This document shows positions 53,978 to 63,811 of a stretch of 64,000 nt of DNA, piece after piece (positions within the stretch are counted from its first letter, which is position 1; every line of letters starts with the position of its first letter). Origin of the DNA: Candidatus Moraniibacteriota bacterium (GTDB lineage: Bacteria; Patescibacteriota; Minisyncoccia; Moranbacterales; UBA2206); assembly GCA_013334765.1 (NCBI GenBank), contig JAAXWW010000001.1, positions 236,589-300,588 of the forward strand, read 5' to 3'. The notes beneath the pieces were generated by a model. That model was not told where the DNA came from and ran no database searches. It saw only the letters and a program-made list of their open reading frames with translations. The translations under genes and the position numbers were made by a program.

Positions 53978-54490
53978 TTATCTTTTCGCGATCTCGACCC
54001 TTGTTCCGGGAGCCTGCTCTTTTTTGGGCAGTTTCCTTATAATCCTAACGGGAACCTTTTTTCTTCTGCCGATCCTCATGGCTTCCTGGCAATCCTTTTC
54101 GGTCGGTCCTGTGTAGAGATCTATGTGGTCCGGATGCTCTTTCCAGTCTCCCGTCTGGTCGACGACCGTGCCGTTCCAGTTGATTCCATCAATCTGGAGC
54201 TCGGTATCGGGTGGGAAAGTACCGAAGCTGGCGGCTATGTCGCCTCTTTTCAGCTTTTTGCCGAAAGAGGATATGTCTCCTCCATTCAAGCGGTCTTTCT
54301 TGCCGCAATAGGCCGTCACTTCTGCAAGGACAATCTCCCCTTTTGCATGATTTTTGGGTCTCGCTTCGTCTCGGTGTTCTTTCGTGGGTTGATGATTCTC
54401 CGCCCCCCAAGCGATAGAATCATAAAAAACATCAAGTGGAAGCACCAATGATATCATGACGCCCAGTAGCGCCAAAGTGTTCTTGTTCAT
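53978..54490 (-). CDS. 3D-domain (MltA-like C-terminal domain) secreted protein
   Basis: AAGGAG Shine-Dalgarno 6 nt upstream of ATG 54490, signal peptide MNKNTLALLGVMISLV, and the 3D domain (EVTAYCG...DQTGDW...IDLY). The track ORF extends to 54610. Confidence 0.65.
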   Translation of the reverse strand: MNKNTLALLGVMISLVLPLDVFYDSIAWGAENHQPTKEHRDEARPKNHAKGEIVLAEVTAYCGKKDRLNGGDISSFGKKLKRGDIAASFGTFPPDTELQIDGINWNGTVVDQTGDWKEHPDHIDLYTGPTEKDCQEAMRIGRRKKVPVRIIRKLPKKEQAPGTRVEIAKR

Positions 54491-54655
54491 GCCGTCTCCT
54501 TCTTTTTTCAAGCAGCCATGGCGTCCAGGTTGGTCCGGATGTTGCCGGTTATTTTTCCTGGCGCCCGTTAAAGTATACATGAACTGCTGCCCGGTGGCAA
54601 TAGCGTCCATGAAAAAGGCTTTATTTGAAGGTTGATAAGCTATGACAGAACGTTT

Positions 54656-54682
54656 TTAGCACTCAGACTTGACGAGTGCTAA
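54656..54682 (+). promoter_or_regulatory. CIRCE operator (HrcA binding site), perfect consensus
   Basis: TTAGCACTC-AGACTTGAC-GAGTGCTAA. Confidence 0.9.
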
Positions 54683-54697
54683 GAGGGAATATATAAT
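54669..54697 (+). promoter_or_regulatory. promoter TTGACG-17-TATAAT overlapping CIRCE; -10 ends 6 nt before hrcA ATG
   Basis: 54669-54674 and 54692-54697; ATG at 54704. Confidence 0.55.
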
Positions 54698-54703
54698 GTA
54701 AAC

Positions 54704-55441
54704 ATGGAAGAAAGATTAGAGAAAATTTTGACTGCCATCATTCAGGAATATACCCAGACGGCTGTTCCGGTCGGATCGAAGATCCTTTCGGAGAAATACG
54801 GCTTCGAGCTGAGCGCGGCGACGATCAGGAATGACATGGCGCGGCTCGAGAAGGAGGGATTCCTGTTCCAGCCGCACACCAGCGCCGGACGGATCCCGAC
54901 TGACAAGGGATACCGCTATTTCGTCGAGAAGGTGATGGGCGACGAGGAGCTCAGCCGCGAGGATCAGCGCAGGCTGCAGGCGGAGGTGCTGAAGCTGAAA
55001 GCCCAGAACAAGCGGTTTTCAAGAACGACTTCGAAGCTGCTGTCATCGCTTTCGGGAAGCCTGGTCATTTCGGGGATCGAGAACGAATTCTATGATTTCG
55101 GAATCAGCGAGCTTTTGGAAAACCCTGAATTCCGCGAGATCGACGAGTTCTCAAGGATTGCCGAAGCCTTGGACTATATCGATGAGAACGTGGATTCGAT
55201 ACTCAGGAAACTGAAGGATGGCGAGACGAAGATATTCATCGGGAAAGAGAATCCGATCAGGAACATTTCCAATTGTTCGATGGTGGTTTCTCCGTATACG
55301 ACAAAAGAGGGGGAAAAGGGACTGCTGGCCATCATCGGTCCGAAGCGGATGAGATATGCCAAGAACAAGTCGTTGCTGGAATATCTGGGAAAGCTGCTCG
55401 GTCCGTCTGCGGTCATCGTGACATTCGTTCACTTTATATAA
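54704..55441 (+). CDS. hrcA: heat-inducible transcription repressor HrcA (short, 245 aa)
   Basis: wHTH (GSKILSEKYGFELSAATIRNDMARLE); CIRCE upstream; grpE-dnaK downstream. Confidence 0.85.
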   Translation: MEERLEKILTAIIQEYTQTAVPVGSKILSEKYGFELSAATIRNDMARLEKEGFLFQPHTSAGRIPTDKGYRYFVEKVMGDEELSREDQRRLQAEVLKLKAQNKRFSRTTSKLLSSLSGSLVISGIENEFYDFGISELLENPEFREIDEFSRIAEALDYIDENVDSILRKLKDGETKIFIGKENPIRNISNCSMVVSPYTTKEGEKGLLAIIGPKRMRYAKNKSLLEYLGKLLGPSAVIVTFVHFI

Positions 55442-55453
55442 TCGATAAAGCCT

Positions 55454-56014
55454 ATGCATATGAAAACAAAACAGGGAAAACAGGAAGAGAAGCCGAAGAA
55501 GGGCATCAAGGATGTCGAAGAGGAGATAGCGGTCAAGGAGGGGGAGATCATTAAAGAGCTGGAAGAGAAAGTCGGCGAATATCTGAACGGTTGGAAACGC
55601 TGCCAGGCTGATTTCGAGAACTATAAAAAGAGGCAGGAGGAGGGGAAGAAGGAGATGGGGCAATACCTGAAAGAGAGCATCCTTCTTGAGCTTCTTCCGG
55701 TGGTGGATAATTTCCATGCTTCGACGGATCACATTCCGGATGGCGAGAAGGAAAGCCCGTGGGTGGTGGGAATCATGCATATCCAGCGGCAGTTGGAAAC
55801 GGTGCTGACTGACAACGGGGTTTCGGAAATCCCGGTTGCTGTCGGGGATGAGTTCGATCCGCATATCCATGAAGCGGTCGATCAATCGAAAAAAGACGCA
55901 GACGAGGATGAAGAAGAACCTGAAAACGAAAAAGAAAGCATAAAGAAGATAGTCAGGAAAGGATACAGGATGGGAGACAGGATCATCCGTCCAGCGAGAG
56001 TGGTGGTTGGATAG
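55454..56014 (+). CDS. grpE: nucleotide exchange factor GrpE
   Basis: Coiled-coil N-terminus and LLPVVDNFHAS GrpE motif. Confidence 0.85.
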   Translation: MHMKTKQGKQEEKPKKGIKDVEEEIAVKEGEIIKELEEKVGEYLNGWKRCQADFENYKKRQEEGKKEMGQYLKESILLELLPVVDNFHASTDHIPDGEKESPWVVGIMHIQRQLETVLTDNGVSEIPVAVGDEFDPHIHEAVDQSKKDADEDEEEPENEKESIKKIVRKGYRMGDRIIRPARVVVG

Positions 56015-56189
56015 TTTTTTAAAACAGAAGTATTTTACGAAGTCGTTTTCCTGCAAGGATAATCATTTTACTTGCCTTTCGTTCTCCGCCGGCTGGCGGA
56101 CGGAAGCCGCAAAATGATGATGCCAGCAGGAAGGCTCGGAGTATCATTATGATATTTTGTCACAACAAACTAGAAGGAGGTGAAAAAAT

Positions 56190-56594
56190 ATGCGTGGAAT
56201 AATGCATTGGAGCCCTATGAGGGAAATGGACAGGTTCTTTGACGAAGATGCCTGGGGAGCGGATTTCGTTCCGGCGATAAATGTCTTTCAGGACAAGGAT
56301 AATGTTATTGTCGAAACATCCCTTCCGGGAATCGATCCTGAAAAAGTGGATATCTCGGTCGAGAACGATGTCCTCACTATCTCCGGGTCTCGCGAAGAGA
56401 AGAGCGAGATAAAAAGGGAAGATTATTATCGTAAGGAGATTAGGGAGGGAAGTTTCTCTAGGTCTGTAATCCTGCCGATGGCGGTGAAGGCAAGCGAAGC
56501 GAAAGCTCACGCTGAGAAGGGAATCCTCAGGATCACTCTTCCGAAGGCAGAAGAAGTCAAGCCTAAGAAGATCTCTGTAGAGGTGAAGAAATAG
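56190..56594 (+). CDS. Hsp20/alpha-crystallin small heat-shock protein
   Basis: AAGGAGG Shine-Dalgarno; alpha-crystallin domain (VDISVENDVLTISGSREE...GILRITLPK). Confidence 0.85.
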   Translation: MRGIMHWSPMREMDRFFDEDAWGADFVPAINVFQDKDNVIVETSLPGIDPEKVDISVENDVLTISGSREEKSEIKREDYYRKEIREGSFSRSVILPMAVKASEAKAHAEKGILRITLPKAEEVKPKKISVEVKK

Positions 56595-56739
56595 GTGCAT
56601 CCCTCATGCCGCTCGATACGGCAAGTCGGCATCGAGCGGCGAATGGGGCGCATGTCAGCAGATAATTTAATTTCGTAAGCAATAATGTTCCGATCGTCAA
56701 AACGTTAAAGGGGTTGGCGGTTGGGAACAGGAAAAATAT

Positions 56740-58650
56740 ATGGCGAAAATATTGGGCATCGATCTTGGGACGACCAATTCGGCGATGGCTATCGTTGAAG
56801 GAGGATCGCCTGCGATTGTGGAAAACAAGGAAGGGGCGAGAACTACTCCTTCTATGGTAGCGGTTTCTAAGAGCGGCGAGAGGTTGGTGGGGCTTCTGGC
56901 GAAACGCCAGGCGGTCACTAATCCTGAAAACACTTTGTTTTCGGTGAAGCGCTTGATCGGGCGCGCATTCGGAGATGAAGAAGTGCAAAGAGACACCAAG
57001 CTTGTCCCGTATAAGATAGTGAAATCGGACGGCGGGGTCAAGGTCGTTATGGGAAGCAAGGAATATACTCCTCAGGAAATTTCAGCCATGGTTCTTGGAA
57101 AGCTCAAGGCCGATGCGGAAGAGAAGCTGGGAGAAAAGATCACCGAGGCTGTCATTACGGTTCCTGCATATTTCGATGACTCGCAGAGGAAGGCGACCAA
57201 GGAAGCGGGAGAGATCGCGGGGCTCAATGTGAGGAGGATCATCAATGAGCCGACTGCGGCCGCTCTGGCATACGGATTCAACAAGAAGAATGATGAGAAG
57301 ATTGCGGTGTATGATCTTGGAGGAGGGACTTTCGATATTTCCATCCTTGAGGTGGGCGGTGACACCGTGGAGGTGAAATCGACCAACGGGGACACCCATC
57401 TGGGAGGAGACGACTTCGACCAGATGATCATCACTTGGATTATCAGCGAATTCAAGAAACAGGAAGGAATTGACTTGTCGAATGATCCGCTGGCTCTCCA
57501 GAGGATCAAGGAAGCGGCCGAGAAGGCGAAGATCGAGCTTTCAACCGCTATGGAAACGGAAATCAACCAGCCGTTCATCACGACTGATGCCAATGGCCCG
57601 AAACACTTGGTCATGAAGATCACTAGGGCAAAGCTTGAAGAGCTGGTCGGAGACCTCGTTGCCAAGACTCTTGAGCCGACCAAGAAGGCTTTGGCGGATG
57701 CCAAGCTGTCGGTTGGGGATATCAATGAAGTGGTGATGGTAGGAGGAATGACCAGGATGCCTCTTGTCGTGAAGACTGTTGAGGAATTCTTCAAGAAGAA
57801 GCCGAACCTTTCAGTCAATCCGGATGAAGTGGTGGCTCTCGGAGCTGCGATCCAGGGAGGAGTTCTCCAGGGGGACGTGAAAGACGTGCTGCTGCTGGAC
57901 GTGACTCCGCTCACGCTTGGAATCGAAACGATGGGCAACGTGATGACGCCTCTTATCGATAGGAACACGACTATCCCAGCTTCCAAGTCGCAGACATTCT
58001 CAACGGCGGCTGACAACCAGCCTTCAGTCGAGATCCATGTGCTTCAGGGGGAACGGCCGATGGCAGCTGACAACAAGACGCTTGGAAGATTCATCCTGGA
58101 TGGCATTCCGCCGTCTCCTCGCGGAATTCCGCAGATCGAGGTTTCTTTCGATATCGACGCGAACGGGATACTGAGCGTCAAGGCGAAAGACAAGGCGACC
58201 GGCAAAGAGCAGTCGATCCGCATCGAGGCTTCATCCGGGCTTTCCAAGGATGAGATCGAGAAAATGAAGAAGGATGCCGAGGCGCATGCTGATGAAGACA
58301 AGAAGAAGAAAGACCTTATCGAAGTGAGGAACATGGCGGATACGCTCATGTATACTACTGAGAAGGCTATGCGTGATGCCGGAGACAAGGTGACTGCCGA
58401 TGATAAGAAGCCGGTTGAGGAAAAGATCGAAGCGCTCAAGAAAGTGAAGGATGCCGATGACGTTGAAGCCATCAAGAAAGCGACGGAAGAGCTTTCGACC
58501 GAAGCCCAGAAGATCGGACAGAAGCTCTATTCTGCCTCCGCCTCCGCTTCTGCTGAAGCTTCGGCGGACAAGTCCGCTTCCTCTGAAGAACCAAAATCGG
58601 AAGAGCCGAAAGAAGGGGAAGTGAAGGACGCTGAGACGAAAGAGAACTAG
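56740..58650 (+). CDS. dnaK: chaperone DnaK (Hsp70)
   Basis: [16 protein letters not shown], full-length Hsp70. Confidence 0.95.
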   Translation: MAKILGIDLGTTNSAMAIVEGGSPAIVENKEGARTTPSMVAVSKSGERLVGLLAKRQAVTNPENTLFSVKRLIGRAFGDEEVQRDTKLVPYKIVKSDGGVKVVMGSKEYTPQEISAMVLGKLKADAEEKLGEKITEAVITVPAYFDDSQRKATKEAGEIAGLNVRRIINEPTAAALAYGFNKKNDEKIAVYDLGGGTFDISILEVGGDTVEVKSTNGDTHLGGDDFDQMIITWIISEFKKQEGIDLSNDPLALQRIKEAAEKAKIELSTAMETEINQPFITTDANGPKHLVMKITRAKLEELVGDLVAKTLEPTKKALADAKLSVGDINEVVMVGGMTRMPLVVKTVEEFFKKKPNLSVNPDEVVALGAAIQGGVLQGDVKDVLLLDVTPLTLGIETMGNVMTPLIDRNTTIPASKSQTFSTAADNQPSVEIHVLQGERPMAADNKTLGRFILDGIPPSPRGIPQIEVSFDIDANGILSVKAKDKATGKEQSIRIEASSGLSKDEIEKMKKDAEAHADEDKKKKDLIEVRNMADTLMYTTEKAMRDAGDKVTADDKKPVEEKIEALKKVKDADDVEAIKKATEELSTEAQKIGQKLYSASASASAEASADKSASSEEPKSEEPKEGEVKDAETKEN

Positions 58651-58666
58651 GGGATTCGGGAAATAG

Positions 58667-58708
58667 AAAAAACCGCCTTCACATCCTGTGTTGGCGGTTT
58701 TGGTTTTT
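58667..58708. terminator. rho-independent terminator (bidirectional) after dnaK
   Basis: aaccgcc-ttcacatcctgtgtt-ggcggtt with U-runs on both strands. Confidence 0.75.
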
Positions 58709-58729
58709 GGGAAGCGGCGCGGCGTTTCC

Positions 58730-59296
58730 CTAGATTTTTCCGGCGAAGAGAGCATAGAGCCTCTCTGATATTTCATACACAGTGAAAGCGATGGCGTTAC
58801 TGGTCCACCATCGGTCCGATAGTGGATCATACCCTATTTCGGAGGTGTCCGGGATGATAACATAAAGGCCGAGTTTTTTAGCCGCCAGGGCATATAGGCG
58901 AGCATCCCTGGGGTGAGCGATTATTGCTACGACGCATCCGGGTTTTTTTTCTTCCGAAAGAAAGACCAGCCTTCGGTAAATCATTTTAAAGATATCGAAT
59001 ATTTCTCCGCCTGCATGAGTTTTTTGCACGTCTGTTATTTTGCTTGTGGGACTTACGCATAAAAAATCAGCAATCTCTTTGGGAATCACCAAATGGGGCA
59101 CGCGACAGGATAGGAGAATTTCACGGATAATTTCTGCCATCCTGTTGTTGCTGCCAATCGGACAGTTGCACTGATGGAACCCGAAGGGCACCACTAAAAG
59201 AGTTTCGACATTTTTGAAGCTTAATTTCCAGATGGTTTTAGTTTCCCAGCAAAAGAAACACCAGAACAGCTTTCTGATAAAAGCGAATAACTTCAT
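58730..59296 (-). CDS. DUF218 (YdcF/SanA/ElyC-like) membrane protein
   Basis: ATG at 59296 preceded by GGAGG 5 nt upstream; N-terminal TM then a DUF218-like core. The track ORF starts at TTG 59335. Confidence 0.55.
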   Translation of the reverse strand: MKLFAFIRKLFWCFFCWETKTIWKLSFKNVETLLVVPFGFHQCNCPIGSNNRMAEIIREILLSCRVPHLVIPKEIADFLCVSPTSKITDVQKTHAGGEIFDIFKMIYRRLVFLSEEKKPGCVVAIIAHPRDARLYALAAKKLGLYVIIPDTSEIGYDPLSDRWWTSNAIAFTVYEISERLYALFAGKI

Positions 59297-59572
59297 GGCG
59301 TCCTCCAGAGCAGTCCGGCTATATGTTTTTGTCAAAAAAACTATAAGAATGATTTATACCATGGATATGCGTGTTGAGTCAAATAAAAAGGGCAACGCGC
59401 GTTGGCGTTGCCCTGGGTTTTTTGGTCGGCCTCGGGGCGAGACAAGCTTTTTCTCCTTTGTCAGGAGTTTCTTCATTGGCTTCTGGGTAGGAAGCTTTTG
59501 AAATTGCTGTCTCATATGCCCCGAGGACGCGTCGATATTCTTGCAGTAATTCGAGAAAAAGGCAAGGCCTGA

Positions 59573-59599
59573 TTAGCACTCGATGATTGAGATTGCTAG
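59573..59599 (+). promoter_or_regulatory. degenerate CIRCE-like inverted repeat upstream of dnaJ
   Basis: TTAGCACTC-gatgattga-GATTGCTAG; the left half is perfect, the right half 6/9 (GAtTGCTAg vs GAGTGCTAA). Confidence 0.3.
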
Positions 59600-59658
59600 A
59601 TTTTTCATTTCGTGCTAGATTTTATTGGAAGGAAAATCGTATAATTTCGAATAAAAAT

Positions 59659-60753
59659 ATGGCGGATTATTATGAAATATTGGGCGTGACAAGAGGCGCC
59701 AGCGATGATGAGATCAAGAAAGCATATAGGAAACTGGCGCATAAGCACCATCCTGACAAGCAGGGCGGCGACGAGGCCAAGTTCAAGGAAATAAACGAGG
59801 CCTATCAGGTGCTTTCCGACAAATCGAAGCGCGAGCAATACGACCGGTTCGGCAAGAACTTCAATCAGGGACAGGCCGGCGGCGGCCAGGGCTTCGGCGG
59901 TTTCGATTTCAGCGGCTTCGGCGGCGGCAACGGGAACGGCTTCAATTTCGAGTTCGGCGGCGGAGATTTCGAGGATATTTTCTCGACTATTTTCGGCGGC
60001 GGCGGACGCGGCGGATCAGGAAGGAAAAGAGGGCAGGATATCCAGGTGGATGTCGATATTACTTTCGAAGAGATGGTCAGCGGTTCGGAGAAAGAGCTCA
60101 GGCTGTATAAATCCGTGGTGTGCGACAGGTGCCACGGGAACGGCGGCGATCCTGGGTCTGAGATGAAAACCTGTGCCACATGCCACGGTTCGGGACGGGT
60201 GAGAAGGGTGACCAGGGGATTCTTCGAAAACTTCGAACAGGTGGTGGAATGCCCGACCTGCCACGGAGCGGGGAAGACATATGAGAAGAGGTGTTCGAAA
60301 TGCGGAGGCGATGGCAAAGTCAAGGAGGAAGTGAAAATGAAGATAAGGATACCGGCTGGAATCGCTGACGGGCAGACTATTTCTTTCCAAGGAGAAGGGG
60401 AGGTCGGAGAACACGGATCGATGCCTGGCGACCTCTATGTCATGGTGCACGTCAAGAAGCACAAGGAGTTCACGAGGAGCGGCTTGGATATCCTGAGCAG
60501 CGTCGAAATCCCTTTTTCGATGGCGGCGCTCGGCGGGGAGACAGTTATCAGCACTATTTCCGGCCAGCTGATTCTCAAGATCCCGTCCGGAACGCAATCG
60601 GGCGAGGTATTCAAAGTGAAAGGCAAAGGAGTGCCGGAACTTCGCGGCAGCGGAAGAGGGAACCAGATGGTGAAAGTCATCGTCAAGACTCCCAAGAAGC
60701 TTTCCCGTGCCCAGAAGAGGATATTGGAAGAACTGAAAGAATCCGGAGAATGA
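59659..60753 (+). CDS. dnaJ: chaperone DnaJ
   Basis: J domain (DYYEILGV...HPD), G/F region, four CxxCxGxG zinc-finger repeats. The track ORF is 5'-extended to 59587. Confidence 0.9.
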   Translation: MADYYEILGVTRGASDDEIKKAYRKLAHKHHPDKQGGDEAKFKEINEAYQVLSDKSKREQYDRFGKNFNQGQAGGGQGFGGFDFSGFGGGNGNGFNFEFGGGDFEDIFSTIFGGGGRGGSGRKRGQDIQVDVDITFEEMVSGSEKELRLYKSVVCDRCHGNGGDPGSEMKTCATCHGSGRVRRVTRGFFENFEQVVECPTCHGAGKTYEKRCSKCGGDGKVKEEVKMKIRIPAGIADGQTISFQGEGEVGEHGSMPGDLYVMVHVKKHKEFTRSGLDILSSVEIPFSMAALGGETVISTISGQLILKIPSGTQSGEVFKVKGKGVPELRGSGRGNQMVKVIVKTPKKLSRAQKRILEELKESGE

Positions 60754-60806
60754 TTTTCTGGTTTTCCTTTTTTTGTGATATCATTGCATCAGGGAAAATA
60801 AAATAC

Positions 60807-60954
60807 AGGACTTGCGCATTTGCCTCAAAAACCTTTTAAATCGCGAGGCTGTGCGGAACTCATCCTGGTTATATATGGTTCGGTCTTGACTCTCCAGAAA
60901 CTGCTTTCTGTTTCTGGCTAAGAAAAAAGTTTTTTCAATAAACGCGCAAGTCCT
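60807..60954 (+). repeat. family-1 palindromic intergenic element, copy C
   Basis: About 90% identical to 10993-11141; arms carry matching ttgcgc/gcgcaa changes. Confidence 0.9.
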
Positions 60955-60968
60955 AAAATAAAAACAAT

Positions 60969-61469
60969 ATGAATCTGACCGCAATGCTTTCGACGCTGGG
61001 GCTTTCGGCGTCCATGGCGCAGGATGCCACGCTGTTCCTGGTTGTCCTCCTTCTGAGCTTCGTCTTCGGAGTCTCGATCGGGCGGGCGAAACTCATAACC
61101 ATCCTTGCTAACATATATGTGGCTTTCTCGATCTTTTCCGTTATTCCTGACAAGCTCATCGCTGATTATGTTTATGATGTCATAACCTTCTTGGCTCTTA
61201 TTGTCGGGCTGACTCTTTTTTCCGGAAAGCTCATCGAGGTCCCTTTCCATATTTCGGGGTCGGGATTCCTTTGGAGGGTTTTCGCTCTCAGCTTCCTGGA
61301 AGTCGTCATGACGCTCAGCATAATCATCGACATGGTTCCGAAAAAGGAAGCGCTTTCGTATATATCAGCCAGTTCGTACGGATATCTGGCTTCGTCGAAT
61401 ATGATGCTGGTCTGGATGGTCGCGCCGCTCGTTTTCCTGGCGCTCATCCATAACAAGGTGAACCGCTGA
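60969..61469 (+). CDS. hypothetical integral membrane protein (166 aa)
   Basis: Four to five TM helices; terminator gtccg-aag-cggac followed by cggtttttgttt at about 61506-61530. Confidence 0.5.
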   Translation: MNLTAMLSTLGLSASMAQDATLFLVVLLLSFVFGVSIGRAKLITILANIYVAFSIFSVIPDKLIADYVYDVITFLALIVGLTLFSGKLIEVPFHISGSGFLWRVFALSFLEVVMTLSIIIDMVPKKEALSYISASSYGYLASSNMMLVWMVAPLVFLALIHNKVNR

Positions 61470-61544
61470 TTTGACGAAAAAGAACGCGGTGCTATAATCT
61501 AAAAAGTCCGAAGCGGACCGGTTTTTGTTTCGAATGAAATACAT

Positions 61545-61617
61545 GCGCCCATAGCTCAGTTGGTAGAGCAGTTGCCTTTTAAGCAAACGGTCCCAGGTTC
61601 GAGTCCCGGTGGGCGCA
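61545..61617 (+). tRNA. tRNA-Lys (anticodon UUU)
   Basis: GCGCCCATAGCTCAGTTGGTAGAGCAGTTGCCTTTTAAGCAAACGGTCCCAGGTTCGAGTCCCGGTGGGCGCA closely parallels E. coli tRNA-Lys; anticodon loop CTTTTAA. Confidence 0.85.
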
Positions 61618-61739
61618 CACAACACATAATATGGAACGGATTCCCGAGAGGGGATTTTTTGTTTGACCTCGAAAGGGGAATATGCTAATTTAGTGTATCG
61701 TAGCTTAACAACAAAATAGCGGTTATCGGGAGGTGCTTT

Positions 61740-61997
61740 ATGTTTTCCAGGATAAATCTTCCTGCGAAAGCAGTCGTCTTTATCAGGCGTATCTCTGACC
61801 TTTTCATGGTTATTCTGGCTATCCTTTGCGGTTCAATATCGTACGTATCATCGCGGATCGCTTCCGCGCTGGCATGCGGCGGAGAGAGGAGTGGAATGAT
61901 CATAGTGTTTTTTCTGGCCATGATATTGGCAAGCGCTTTCTTTATCATTGCCTGGATATCGAAATATTTCGAGGAGTGTATATGCTTCCCGAGATGA
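61740..61997 (+). CDS. hypothetical small membrane protein (85 aa)
   Basis: GGGAGG Shine-Dalgarno 6 nt upstream; two TM helices; terminator cccggagcgg...ccgcttcgggg followed by tttttttt at about 62016-62062. Confidence 0.4.
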   Translation: MFSRINLPAKAVVFIRRISDLFMVILAILCGSISYVSSRIASALACGGERSGMIIVFFLAMILASAFFIIAWISKYFEECICFPR

Positions 61998-62086
61998 AGT
62001 CACGGTTTTATCCTTTTGCCCCGGAGCGGAACGTGTTTTCCGCTTCGGGGCTTTTTTTTATTTTGTTTTTCATATATAATCCAGTT

Positions 62087-63163
62087 ATGAAAAACAGAAA
62101 AACAACCATAGCAGTTTTAGCGGCTTCATCCCTGTTTTTTGCTGGATGCTCTTTCGCTCCGGCTCAAAATGCCGGAACTGAAACGGTTCAGAAGTATGCT
62201 GTTTCTGAGAGCTTCTGGAAGTCAACGGATGGCGGAAAGAATTGGGAAGTGAAAGACCAGTCTTCGAACAAGCCTACCACCAAGGATCTGGATATCGTGA
62301 ATTTGGCAGTCGATCCGGCGAACGGCAATAATGTCTTTTTGGGCCTTAGGAGCGGAGGAATAGTGAAAACGGCTGACGGCGGAGACAATCTGGAATTCAC
62401 CGGTTTCAAATTGGACAAGACCTATGCTTTGGCGATAAGCCCTGCTAATCCGAAAACGATGTACGCGAGCGCTCTTTTTGAAAAGAGAGGCAAGATGGTC
62501 AAGACTGTCGATGGCGGCGAGAAATGGGATGAGGTGTATACTTTCCCGACTGATGGAGCCTTAATCCTGTCGATCGCTTTGGACAGGAATAATCCGAATA
62601 CTGTTTTTGCCTCAACCAGCGATAACCAGGTGATAAAGAGCGTCGACGGCGGAGCGTCATGGAAGAAGGCATATAAGGCGAAGGGTCCGGTCGTGAAAGT
62701 CGCGATCGATTCTTTGAACAGCGATCTTGTCTATTTCCTGACCCAGGGCGGAGAGGCTTTCAGGAGCCAGGATGGCGGCGGAAGCTTCGAGGGCATGTCG
62801 CAAGCCATGACGGCTGCCAAGCTGATGTCATCGGGATACGGTGTCGTCGAGACTGATCCGACTAGGACGGGAACGGTGTATCTGGGAGGCAAGCAGGGCA
62901 TAATCAAAAGCAGCGATGGAGGGAAGACATGGATCAATATGCCGACTCTCAATGACCCTTCGACTGCCGAAGTCCGTGCGCTTGCGATAAATCCCAGCAA
63001 CTCCAATGAGATCGTCTATGGCGCGGGACAGGCGACATACAAATCGATAGATGGCGGAAACAGCTGGACGACTTTCCAATTCAACGTGGGAAAGATAATC
63101 AATAATATAGAATATAGCAGAACCGATCCGAGCGTGGTCTATCTGGGTTTTGCTAATAAGTAA
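62087..63163 (+). CDS. BNR/Asp-box repeat beta-propeller lipoprotein (Ycf48/sialidase-like fold)
   Basis: Lipobox LFFAGCS; seven S/T-x-DGG-x-x-W Asp-box repeats. TATAAT at 62075-62080 is 6 nt before the ATG. The track ORF starts at 61826. Confidence 0.65.
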   Translation: MKNRKTTIAVLAASSLFFAGCSFAPAQNAGTETVQKYAVSESFWKSTDGGKNWEVKDQSSNKPTTKDLDIVNLAVDPANGNNVFLGLRSGGIVKTADGGDNLEFTGFKLDKTYALAISPANPKTMYASALFEKRGKMVKTVDGGEKWDEVYTFPTDGALILSIALDRNNPNTVFASTSDNQVIKSVDGGASWKKAYKAKGPVVKVAIDSLNSDLVYFLTQGGEAFRSQDGGGSFEGMSQAMTAAKLMSSGYGVVETDPTRTGTVYLGGKQGIIKSSDGGKTWINMPTLNDPSTAEVRALAINPSNSNEIVYGAGQATYKSIDGGNSWTTFQFNVGKIINNIEYSRTDPSVVYLGFANK

Positions 63164-63173
63164 TTTCAAATTT

Positions 63174-63731
63174 ATGTATCAAGAAGCAATTGAAAAAAGC
63201 AGGGAAGAATTCGAAAAGGCCATTTCTCATTTCAAGGAGGAGATGTCCAAGCTCCGCACGGGAAGAGCATCAGCTTCTCTGGTCGAGGATCTGTCAGTGG
63301 ATTATTATGGATCCAAGTCTCCCTTGAAGCAGATCGCCAGCATAAATATCCCGGAACCCAGGACGATCATGATTTCTCCGTGGGACAAAGGCGCTCTTGT
63401 GTATGTCGAGAAGGCGGTCCGCGAGTCGGACCTCAATCTCAATCCGGTCAATGACGGAATCGCTGTCAGGATAAACATCCCCCCTCTAAATGAGGAGAGA
63501 AGGCGGGAATTGGTAAAGATGCTTAACAACAAGGCTGAGGAATCGCGCGTTGCGGTGAGGCACACTCGTGAAGAGGCTTGGGATGAGATCCAGGAGCTTG
63601 AAAAGGAAGGCAAGATAGGCGAGGATGACAAGTTTCAGGGAAAGGATAAGCTGCAGAAAGTGGTTGATGAATACAATATGAAAATCGAGGAATTGAGAAA
63701 GAAGAAGGAAGAAGAGATAATGACCGTATAA
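63174..63731 (+). CDS. frr: ribosome recycling factor
   Basis: MYQEAIEKSREEFEKAISHFKEE...LRTGRAS. The track ORF starts 8 codons earlier. Confidence 0.85.
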   Translation: MYQEAIEKSREEFEKAISHFKEEMSKLRTGRASASLVEDLSVDYYGSKSPLKQIASINIPEPRTIMISPWDKGALVYVEKAVRESDLNLNPVNDGIAVRINIPPLNEERRRELVKMLNNKAEESRVAVRHTREEAWDEIQELEKEGKIGEDDKFQGKDKLQKVVDEYNMKIEELRKKKEEEIMTV

Positions 63732-63811
63732 TCAGCCTTTATATGATAGGGGGCTAAGTCCCTAATCGGGGGCTTAGCTCTTGCGCGCATAAGATCATAA
63801 AATAAAAAATC

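Noticed and set aside
50542-54650. Integrase or attL/attR for the tRNA-Gln-proximal accessory region
   Set aside because: I searched by eye for tyrosine-recombinase-like ORFs and for a repeat of the tRNA-Gln 3' end (ggttcgaatccc). Neither was found within the window, so mobile-element status stays inference only.
59214-59579. Plus-strand ORF 59214-59501 (TTG start) and minus-strand ORF 59379-59579 in the DUF218-dnaJ spacer
   Set aside because: Neither has an RBS, they overlap a bidirectional terminator hairpin, and there is no domain similarity. I treat the region as non-coding and possibly a structured RNA.
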